DNA from: Candidatus Brocadiia bacterium
GTDB lineage: Bacteria; Planctomycetota; Brocadiia; CAIUPP01
Assembly: GCA_050015075.1 (NCBI GenBank)
Contig: JBEKCB010000011.1
Location: forward strand, 32,001 to 96,000
Direction: 5' to 3'
DNA length: 64,000 nt
Below, one piece after another: positions 38,314 to 45,979 of this stretch; within the stretch, counting starts at the first letter, position 1; each line of letters opens with the position of its first letter. The position numbers were made by a program, and so were the translations under genes. Below the pieces are notes generated by a model. The model made no database searches. It worked only from the letters and a program-made list of their open reading frames with translations, and was not told where the DNA came from.

Positions 38314-39139
38314 CGCGCTGCGGTCCGCCCAGGCCGGCGGCGATCAGCGCGGCGCCGGTGGCGACGACGAACTGGGGCTCGGGCGGCACGTAGACCGGTT
38401 GGCCGAGCGCGGACTCCAGCGCCGCGCGCACTCCGGCATTCTGCGCGCCGCCTCCGGCGAAGAACAGCCCCTCGGCCGGCTCGCGCCCGCTCATCTGCCG
38501 GACCATCGTGGCGATCCGCGATGCGATCGCCGCGTGCAGCCCCGCGACGATGTCCTCCTTCTTCCTGCCCTGCGCGATGAGCGAGATGACCTCGCTTTCG
38601 GCGAACACCGCGCAAGTCGAGTTCAGCGGCACCGGCGCTCGCGACCGGAGCGACAGGCGGCCCATCTCGGAGAGGTCCAGTTCCAGGCAGGCGGCCATGA
38701 GCGTGAGGAAGCGGCCGGTGCCCGCCGCGCACTTGTCGTTCATGGCGAAATCGGCCACGTTGCCCTCCGCGTCCAGCACGATCACCTTCGTGTCCTGGCC
38801 GCCGAGGTCCGCGACGATTCGAGCGCGGCCCCAGGGCGCGCCGAGCCAGAACGCGCCGCGCGCCACCGCGGAGATCTCCGTCACCACGTCGCCGGCGAGC
38901 CGCGTCGCCCGCCGGCCGTAGCCGGTGATGACCACGCGCGAAACGGACGCGCGGTCCGCGCCGGCCGCTTGGAGCGCTTTCGCCCATGCCGTCTCCGCGG
39001 CGAGCGCCGGGTCCGCGCCGGTCGGCGCCATCCCGCGACCGGCCACTTTGCCGCCGGCCAGGACCACCGCCTTGGCCGCAACGCTGCCGACGTCCACTCC
39101 GCAAGCCGTCAGGCCCTTCGATGTATAACCGGCGCGCAA
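38306..39139 (-). CDS. Acyl-CoA dehydratase activase (HgdC/BadF-family ATPase)
   Basis: GVDVGS, TGYGR, DLGGQDTK, MNDKCAAGTGRFL, STCAVFAESEVIS, GGGAQN. Confidence 0.93.
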   Translation of the reverse strand: MRAGYTSKGLTACGVDVGSVAAKAVVLAGGKVAGRGMAPTGADPALAAETAWAKALQAAGADRASVSRVVITGYGRRATRLAGDVVTEISAVARGAFWLGAPWGRARIVADLGGQDTKVIVLDAEGNVADFAMNDKCAAGTGRFLTLMAACLELDLSEMGRLSLRSRAPVPLNSTCAVFAESEVISLIAQGRKKEDIVAGLHAAIASRIATMVRQMSGREPAEGLFFAGGGAQNAGVRAALESALGQPVYVPPEPQFVVATGAALIAAGLGGPQRVT

Positions 39140-39157
39140 CGTCTTCCCTTTTTTTAT

Positions 39158-39232
39158 ATCGTACTCGTCCTCGTCGTCGTCCTCGTCCTCGAACGGCCGT
39201 TACGAACGGCCGAGGACGAGGCCGAGGACGAT
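39158..39232. repeat. GAGGAC hexamer-built hairpin
   Basis: atcgtactcgtcctcgtcgtcgtcctcgtcctcgaacggccgttacgaacggccgaggacgaggccgaggacgat. Confidence 0.85.
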
Positions 39233-39260
39233 TCCTCGCGGCTTCACCGCGCCGCGCTCT

Positions 39261-40190
39261 TCAATCCGCTCTCCGTGCCGCCGCTGGGCAAAACCACTCC
39301 GCCGGGTCGAGGTCCATCGCGAAGTCCGCCGCGGGCGCGGAGTGCGTCAGCATGCCGAGCGAAATCGTGTCCACGCCGGTCGCCGCGATGTGCGCGAGCC
39401 GGTCCGGCGTCACGCCGCCGCTCGCCTCGGTGATCGGGCGGCGGGCGCCGAACTTCTTGCGATACGCGCGGACGCGCCGCGCGGCCTCGCGCATACGGGC
39501 CGGCGTCATGTTGTCGAGCATGATGATGTCGGCCTCGGCGGTGATCGCGGCCTCGACCATCGGCAGCGACTCGACCTCGACCTCGATGAGCGTATTCCTT
39601 TCGACTCGTTCGCGCGCGCGCAGCACGGCCAGCCGGATGGCGCCGGCCCTGTCGCCACCCGCCTCGGCGAGCAGCGCGTTCAGGTGGTTGTCCTTGATCA
39701 GCACCTGGTCGTACAGCCCCATCCGGTGATTGGTCCCGCCGCCGGCGCGGACGGCGTATTTCTCCAGCGCGCGGAGGCCGGGCGTGGTCTTCCGCGTATC
39801 GAGGATCTTCACGTCGTGGCCCGCGACCGCCTCGACGCAGCGGCGGGTCAGCGTGGCGATGCCGCTGAGCCGCTGGATGAAGTTGAGCGCCGTCCGCTCG
39901 CCCGCCAGCAGCGTGCGGACCGGCCCGGCGATCTCCGCGACCTGCTGGCCGCGGCGGACTCGCCGTCCGTCGGCGGTCAGCGGCTTGAAGGACGCGCTCG
40001 GGCGAAGCTGCCGGAAGACCTCTTTCGCGACGGCCAATCCCGCCACGACGCCGGGTGCGCGGCAGACGATGAACGCGCGTCCGCGCGCCGCGCGCGGAAT
40101 GAGCGCCTCGCTCGTCACGTCGCCGGAGCCGAGATCCTCCGCCAGGGCGCGCCTGACGGCTTGCCGAATCTGATCGCGCGGAAGTGTCAT
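39261..40190 (-). CDS. nadC: Quinolinate phosphoribosyltransferase
   Basis: ALAEDL..GDVTS, ERTALN, DTRKTTPG, NHRMGL.D..LIKDNH, EVEV, MLDN, EASGG. Confidence 0.96.
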   Translation of the reverse strand: MTLPRDQIRQAVRRALAEDLGSGDVTSEALIPRAARGRAFIVCRAPGVVAGLAVAKEVFRQLRPSASFKPLTADGRRVRRGQQVAEIAGPVRTLLAGERTALNFIQRLSGIATLTRRCVEAVAGHDVKILDTRKTTPGLRALEKYAVRAGGGTNHRMGLYDQVLIKDNHLNALLAEAGGDRAGAIRLAVLRARERVERNTLIEVEVESLPMVEAAITAEADIIMLDNMTPARMREAARRVRAYRKKFGARRPITEASGGVTPDRLAHIAATGVDTISLGMLTHSAPAADFAMDLDPAEWFCPAAARRAD

Positions 40191-40373
40191 GGGCAATGGG
40201 CGACCTTACTGAGTGTTGCGTCGAAGCGTCGGCGTTCGATATCTTCCTCTCCATATTTTACCCGCACGACCCGCCTCTTGAACAGCGACCGAAACTCGGT
40301 TATCATCACGCAGGGTTCAAATCCAATCTTTGCCGGACAGGGCGCGGCCCTTTCTTCTGGAGGAATGACGGAA

Positions 40374-41288
40374 ATGAAGATCCACATCATGACGGACATG
40401 GAAGGCTGCGCGGGCGTCATGTGCGCGAACGAGTACATTTACTCGAACTCGAAGTATTACGAGGAGGCGCGCGACCTGGTCTCGCTGGAAGTCAGCGCGG
40501 CGGTCGAAGGCGCCCTCGAGGCGGGCGCGACGGAAGTCCTCGTCGCCGACGGGCACGGTCCGAGCGCGATCAAACGGGCGCTGCTGCACCCGCGCGCGAA
40601 ACTGCTCGGCGGGCGGCCGTATTCGCCCGGCCTGCCATCGTTCGGCTGCGACGGCACCTTCGCCGCCTCCATCGTCATCGGCCAGCACGCCAAGACCAAC
40701 ACCGACGGCGGCCACCTCTGCCACACGATGAGTTTCGGCGTCGAGGATTACAGCCTGAACGGGCGCTCCATCGGCGAACTCGGACTGTGGATGCTGATCG
40801 CGGGCTATTACAACGTGCCGGTCGTCATGGTCAGCGGCGACCAGGCCGCCTGCGACGAGGCGCGGTCGCTGGTGCCGAACATCGAGGTCGCGCCGGTGAA
40901 ATGGGGCATCAAGCGCGGCTCCGCGAGCGGGCTGACGAAGGAGCAGAACAGCGTTTTCAACTCCGTCGCCGTCCACCTGCACCCGAACGAGGCGAGGGCG
41001 GTGATCCGCGAGCACGTTTGCCGCGCGGTCAGGCGCATCCCTGAAATCACGCCGTTCCGGGTGGACGCGCCGTACACGTTCACGATCTCCACGCGGCCCT
41101 CAAAGGACCGGAAGCGCGGTGAGAAAATGACGCTCAAGTCGGCCGATTTCCTGGACCTGATGGGCGGACTCAGCCGGCCGCCCAAGGCCGCGCAAAAGGC
41201 GCCCGGCCGTCCCGCGCGCTCCGCAAAGCCCGCTGCGCAGGCCAGGGCGAAGCGCTCCGCTGCGCCGAAGCGCGGCAAGAAGCGCTGA
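40374..41288 (+). CDS. M55 family D-aminopeptidase (DppA-like)
   Basis: MKIHI.TDMEG, DGHG, GQHA, HT, GE.G, VSGD; Lys/Ala/Arg-rich tail. Confidence 0.9.
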   Translation: MKIHIMTDMEGCAGVMCANEYIYSNSKYYEEARDLVSLEVSAAVEGALEAGATEVLVADGHGPSAIKRALLHPRAKLLGGRPYSPGLPSFGCDGTFAASIVIGQHAKTNTDGGHLCHTMSFGVEDYSLNGRSIGELGLWMLIAGYYNVPVVMVSGDQAACDEARSLVPNIEVAPVKWGIKRGSASGLTKEQNSVFNSVAVHLHPNEARAVIREHVCRAVRRIPEITPFRVDAPYTFTISTRPSKDRKRGEKMTLKSADFLDLMGGLSRPPKAAQKAPGRPARSAKPAAQARAKRSAAPKRGKKR

Positions 41289-41302
41289 AATGGCTGCCGG
41301 GA

Positions 41303-42106
41303 GTGACTGACATGCCTGGCCCTTCCGCGACGGACCTGATGCCGCTGATCTTCGTCGGCCACGGCAATCCGATGAATGCCGTGGCGCGGAATGCCTGGAC
41401 CGACGGCTGGGCCTCGATCGGGAAGTCAATTCCGCGTCCCCAGGCGGTGCTATCCGTTTCCGCCCACTGGTATGTTTCGTCCACGGCGGTGACGGCCGGC
41501 CGCGCGCCGAAAACCATCCACGACTTCGGCGGATTCCCGCAGGAACTTTACGACATCGAATATCCCGCGCCCGGAAGTCCGAAGCTCGCGCGACGCGTCA
41601 GCGACTTGCTCGGACCGGTGTCCGCCGGGCTGGACAAAAGCTGGGGGCTCGATCATGGGACCTGGGCGGTGCTGTGTCACGTTTTCCCGAAGGCGGACGT
41701 CCCCGTCGTGCAACTGAGCATTGACCGGAGGCAGCCGCCGGAATTCCATTATGAAATCGGAAAACGGCTGGCGCCGCTGCGCGAGGAAGGCGTCCTGGTC
41801 ATCGGGAGCGGCAACATCGTCCATAACCTGCATGCGTATGCGTGGGGCAGGCAGGGAATCAACCCATTCGATTGGGCGGTCCGATTCGAGAAGCGCGCGC
41901 GGGAGTTGCTGATCGAAGGAAACGATGCTGTCCTGGTCGCCTATGAGAAACTGGGCCGCGACGCGATGCTCTCAATCCCGACGCCGGACCACTACCTGCC
42001 GCTGCTGTACGTGCTCGGCGCGCGGAGAAAAGACGAGCCGGTCCGCTTCCCGGTCGAGGGGATTGACGGCGGCTCCGTCTCCATGCTCGCCGTCCAGCTC
42101 GGCTGA
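41303..42106 (+). CDS. ygiD: Extradiol dioxygenase, LigB/YgiD (4,5-DOPA dioxygenase) family
   Basis: FVGHGNPMNA, SAHW, TIHDFGGFP, GLDHGTW, GSGNIVHNL, PTPDHYLPL. Confidence 0.9.
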   Translation: MTDMPGPSATDLMPLIFVGHGNPMNAVARNAWTDGWASIGKSIPRPQAVLSVSAHWYVSSTAVTAGRAPKTIHDFGGFPQELYDIEYPAPGSPKLARRVSDLLGPVSAGLDKSWGLDHGTWAVLCHVFPKADVPVVQLSIDRRQPPEFHYEIGKRLAPLREEGVLVIGSGNIVHNLHAYAWGRQGINPFDWAVRFEKRARELLIEGNDAVLVAYEKLGRDAMLSIPTPDHYLPLLYVLGARRKDEPVRFPVEGIDGGSVSMLAVQLG

Positions 42107-42144
42107 CCCTGATGCAGGACGTACTGCAAGTCCAGGCTGAGTTC

Positions 42145-42687
42145 TCAGGGCGCGATCTCCCTGGCGAAGCGCCGCAACTCGGCAACGATTGAGGGAGAAG
42201 CCTCCGCGGCGCCCGCTTCCCGGGCGATGACTCGAAGGTGGCCCTGGACGTTCACGCCGTACCATCTCAACCAACTTTCGACACACGCCTCGTGCGGCTC
42301 AAATCCGGAATCGCCGGCTACGCTGACGGTGTGGCCGGTTTTGCCCGCCAGCACCCGGCCGCAGGCAAAGTAGGCGTGCGAACGATCAATCAGGTCCTTG
42401 TGCCTGCCCGGCGGCCCGAGCCAATACACCGGCGAGAACTGGATGATGATGTTGGCTGCCATGATGCGGCGCCAGAGTTCGTGAAAATCGTCGTCGCGGA
42501 TCACGCAGTCTTTCAACTCCATGCACTTGCGGCACCCGAGACAGTGCTTGATGTCATAATCCTTGAGCCGCGCGACTTCGACCTCAAGCGCTGGACGCGT
42601 TCGCAATTCCTCGGCGACAACCCGCGCACAGAAGTCCGTGTTTCCGCCTTTACGAGGGCTGCAGGACAAACAGAGAACTCGCGTCAT
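42145..42687 (-). CDS. Iron-sulfur flavoprotein / NADPH-dependent FMN reductase family
   Basis: SPRKGGNT, CxxCxxCxxxxxC (CLGCRKCMELKDC), SPVY...K.LIDR. Confidence 0.85.
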   Translation of the reverse strand: MTRVLCLSCSPRKGGNTDFCARVVAEELRTRPALEVEVARLKDYDIKHCLGCRKCMELKDCVIRDDDFHELWRRIMAANIIIQFSPVYWLGPPGRHKDLIDRSHAYFACGRVLAGKTGHTVSVAGDSGFEPHEACVESWLRWYGVNVQGHLRVIAREAGAAEASPSIVAELRRFAREIAP

Positions 42688-42714
42688 GGTCAGCCTCCGG
42701 ACACCGGCAATAGG

Positions 42715-43848
42715 TCAGTTGCGTTTGCCTGAAACGTGATAGTTGCGAACTCTTTTCATCAATTGGTTTGCCTGCTCAACCGAAATAGATTGTCCCACGT
42801 CGTACCAGACGTTAGGCGGCAACGTTCCTGCATCCATGCGCGACAGGAAATCGTTCAGAGAGCACGTGGTCCGAATAGGAATATCGCCCACCGCGGCGCG
42901 CATTTTCGGCAGGTGCTCGATCTCCGGCGTTGGATCTTTGGGATCCCCGCCAAACTGGAACAGCTCCAGTCCGGGCAGCTTGGCCGCCACCGCTGCCAAG
43001 TCGGCGCGGTTGCAGTGAAAATGCAACAGGCCATGTCCGAAGTGCCGGATGAGGCGACTTTGATATTCGAATCCCAAACGCGCGTAACATTCCGGGGAAC
43101 AAACAACGTAAGCATCCACGCTGAGGGAAACCGCCCTGGGAAAGGGGACCCAATCGCCCAGCCAGACAAAACAGCCGTTTCCAAAGCCGCCGATGCGCTC
43201 CATCTGGGCTTCCTGGAACCGAATGTTGAAATCAAGTCCGATTTCCATGAGTTGCCTTAGACCATCCGGATGTTCATAGATATCCAGATAGGTTTGCGTA
43301 GCGCCGCGCATTTCGCAGGCGAAATGGAGGGCGTCCATCGTCAAACATGGGTGCTGGGCAAGCAGACCGCCGGCGTGCTCCGTAAAATATTCCTGGACTG
43401 AGAGAAATCTCCGCGTCCACGGATAGTCCAAAGAGAACCTGCAATCCGACAGGGACGAATAATCCGGCATGAGAACTTCCGGCAGACTGAAGGCCGCCTG
43501 ATGCCGCCGATGCAGGAACTCCATGTCTTTGCCGAAGAGTCCGCGGATCATGCTTTCGCCGGCGTCGAGAATTGAGTAGGACACGGGCAGCCAGTCGTCC
43601 TGCACCGTGCCGCGCTTCGCCATCCCTATTGTCTCGCGATCGAAGATTTCCTCATTAGATGGAAAACCGCGGCGGCTGCCTACCTCATATACGCCCCATT
43701 TTCGGTCAAAGCGATCCCATTCATCGCGCGTGTCCACAGAGACGGAACCGAATGAGACAAGAATGCTGTCCTGCATCTCGCGTTTAAAAAACCGGGATCG
43801 CCTGTCCAATGTCTCGTCGAGGTTGGATTTCCATTTCAGTCCCAACAT
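42715..43848 (-). CDS. URO-D/MtaA-like barrel hypothetical protein
   Basis: RGATQTYLDIYEHP...LME, S.D.....SP..Y, LLHFH resemble the URO-D superfamily; divergent. Confidence 0.55.
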   Translation of the reverse strand: MLGLKWKSNLDETLDRRSRFFKREMQDSILVSFGSVSVDTRDEWDRFDRKWGVYEVGSRRGFPSNEEIFDRETIGMAKRGTVQDDWLPVSYSILDAGESMIRGLFGKDMEFLHRRHQAAFSLPEVLMPDYSSLSDCRFSLDYPWTRRFLSVQEYFTEHAGGLLAQHPCLTMDALHFACEMRGATQTYLDIYEHPDGLRQLMEIGLDFNIRFQEAQMERIGGFGNGCFVWLGDWVPFPRAVSLSVDAYVVCSPECYARLGFEYQSRLIRHFGHGLLHFHCNRADLAAVAAKLPGLELFQFGGDPKDPTPEIEHLPKMRAAVGDIPIRTTCSLNDFLSRMDAGTLPPNVWYDVGQSISVEQANQLMKRVRNYHVSGKRN

Positions 43849-43878
43849 AATGTCACTCGATGCCTCTAAGGTTGTTGA

Positions 43879-44508
43879 TTAGGTTGTGTACCTGTCCTTG
43901 AGCTTGTGCGCGGGATTGCCTATCATGACGGCATTCGGCGGCACATCCCTGACGACGATTGCGCCCATGCCGACGAAGCTGTCCTTGCCGATGCGCAGGT
44001 ACTGGCGCACGGTGCAGGCCTGGCCCAGGTAAGCGCCGGCTTCCACGTGGACGCCGCCGGCAAGGGTCACGTTGCTGCACAAGCATACGCCATCCTCCAG
44101 CACGTTGTCATGGTTGATGACGCTGCCGCTCAGGCTGAAAACGCGGTTGCCCAGGACGGCATTGTGGCCGATGAAGCAGCCGGGATAGATGACGCACGCG
44201 TTGCCGATCTTCGCGGAACGCGAGACGAATGCAGTGGGGTCGAAGATCGCGGCGGCGCGCTCCATCGGAAACGGGTCCTTGAATTCATTGCCGATGGCCA
44301 GGGCGGCGTTGGGGTGCTTCGCCAGGTCGTCAATCGTGCCGAGGACGGGGTAGCCGGCGAGCGTCAGTCCCCGGCATTTCTCGTACCTGGTCTTCTCCGG
44401 AAAGAAGCCCAGCAGATTCCACGCCGGGCTGACGCGGTTGATGCGCTCGACGATCTCGGCCATTTCCATGGCATGGCAGCCGACACTGCAGATGATCAGG
44501 TCTTGCAT
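43879..44508 (-). CDS. PglD/NeuD-like sugar acetyltransferase (hexapeptide repeat)
   Basis: G.HA.E motif, GYPVLG, AIGN, left-handed beta-helix repeats, IGNPA. Confidence 0.85.
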   Translation of the reverse strand: MQDLIICSVGCHAMEMAEIVERINRVSPAWNLLGFFPEKTRYEKCRGLTLAGYPVLGTIDDLAKHPNAALAIGNEFKDPFPMERAAAIFDPTAFVSRSAKIGNACVIYPGCFIGHNAVLGNRVFSLSGSVINHDNVLEDGVCLCSNVTLAGGVHVEAGAYLGQACTVRQYLRIGKDSFVGMGAIVVRDVPPNAVMIGNPAHKLKDRYTT

Positions 44509-44547
44509 GGCGTCGTCCTACTGAACCGGGATTTTCCACCTTCCAAA

Positions 44548-44598
44548 AGTGAACCGGTTTTCAAACGTGAGATTAGACGGTCGAGTTGCCGCTGTCAA
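44548..44598 (-). promoter_or_regulatory. sigma70 promoter with adjacent LacI-type operator
   Basis: Minus strand TTGACA (44598-44593)-N17-TAATCT (44575-44570), then TGAAAACCGGTTCACT (44563-44548). Confidence 0.65.
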
Positions 44599-44682
44599 GT
44601 CGCCTTCGGGCGGCGGCCCCGGTGCTTGCTTTGGGGCACGCAGTATGGTAGCTTTTGGCGAGGTTTATAAAAAGGACAAATT

Positions 44683-45438
44683 ATGGCAACACCGTCAAAG
44701 GAACTGCCGCTTCCGGGAGAGGTGTTCAGCGTTAAAGGTTGCACTGCGTTCCTCATTCTGCCGAAACAAGTCACCGCCGGCGGCAAGACGCCGTGGGTAT
44801 GGTACGCGCCCACGCTTCCGGGCTTGCCGGGTCCGGAAGAGAAGTGGATGTTTGAGAAGTTCCTAAATGCCGGCATTGCGGTTGCCGGGATTGATGTCGG
44901 CGAATCCCATGGCAATCCCTCAGGTCGGGCTCTATTTTCCGATTTGTACCAGGAGCTTACTTTGAAACGCGACCTCGCGAAGAAGGCCTGCCTGCTGGTG
45001 AGAAGCCGCGGCGGGTTGATGCTTTATAACTGGGCGGTTGAGCATCCGTTGTCCGTGGCGTGCGTGGCGGGAATCTATCCGGTATGCAATCTTAACACTT
45101 ACCCGGGTCTCAAGAACGCATCCGCCGCATACGGCATGACCGAGGAGCAATTCAAGGCTAAAATGGCTGAGCATAATCCCATTGACCGCATAGAGCCGCT
45201 GGCTAAAGCCCATGTCCCCATCTATCATATACATGGCGATAGCGACACCGTGGTGCCTATCGAGAAGAACTCCGGCGAATTGGCGGAACGATATCGCGGA
45301 TTAGGCGGAGTAATGACACTTAATGTAGTCAAAGGGCAGGGGCACAATATGTGGTCGGGCTGGTTTCAGTGTCAGGAACTCGTGGACTTCGTGATTGCTG
45401 AAGCGCATAAAGGCAAGCCTGAAAGGGCGCCAAGGTGA
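44683..45438 (+). CDS. Alpha/beta hydrolase (S9-like esterase)
   Basis: RSRGG nucleophile elbow, HGDSDTVVP, GQGH. Confidence 0.8.
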   Translation: MATPSKELPLPGEVFSVKGCTAFLILPKQVTAGGKTPWVWYAPTLPGLPGPEEKWMFEKFLNAGIAVAGIDVGESHGNPSGRALFSDLYQELTLKRDLAKKACLLVRSRGGLMLYNWAVEHPLSVACVAGIYPVCNLNTYPGLKNASAAYGMTEEQFKAKMAEHNPIDRIEPLAKAHVPIYHIHGDSDTVVPIEKNSGELAERYRGLGGVMTLNVVKGQGHNMWSGWFQCQELVDFVIAEAHKGKPERAPR

Positions 45439-45974
45439 TACCGGAGAGGCCAGTGGAAGTCGTTCGTTACAATCCGCGCTGGCCGCAAATGTTCGAGGAA
45501 CTTCAAGCCGTATTGCAGAATGCTCTCGGTATCTCATGCCGGAGAATCGAACACGTCGGAAGCACTTCCGTGCCGGGGTTGGATGCCAAGCCGATCATTG
45601 ATATGGATGCAGTCGTTGCAGCTAAGGACCTGCGCCAGGCCATAGAGATTCTCGCCCGCCTTGGCTATATTCATCAAGGCGACCTGGGTATTCATGGACG
45701 TGAGGCTTTTGCTCGCGAGACGGAGGACGTACCACATTCCGGGCGCAAACGCACGTGGCCGGCTCACCATCTCTATGTCTGTCCTGAAGACAGCCCTGAG
45801 CTGGCGCGACACCTTGCTTTTCGCGATTGCCTGCGCGCGAATCAAGAACTCGCGACACAATACGGCACGCTGAAATCCGATCTGGCGAAACGATATAAGT
45901 CGGATCGAGAAGCCTATACGCTTGCCAAGACAGACTTCATTGAAAACGCATTACGCGTCAAGTGTGTCTCTTAG
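45435..45974 (+). CDS. GrpB family nucleotidyltransferase-fold protein
   Basis: YNPRWP..FE, EHVGSTSVPGL.AKPIID, FRD.LR......Y..LK..LA, Y..AK..FI. Confidence 0.9.
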   Translation: MIPERPVEVVRYNPRWPQMFEELQAVLQNALGISCRRIEHVGSTSVPGLDAKPIIDMDAVVAAKDLRQAIEILARLGYIHQGDLGIHGREAFARETEDVPHSGRKRTWPAHHLYVCPEDSPELARHLAFRDCLRANQELATQYGTLKSDLAKRYKSDREAYTLAKTDFIENALRVKCVS

Positions 45975-45979
45975 TGGGT

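Noticed and set aside
39342-40373. N-terminal extension making the M55 peptidase 648 aa
   Set aside because: It is antisense to nadC; the M55 domain starts at 40374 after a GGAGG.
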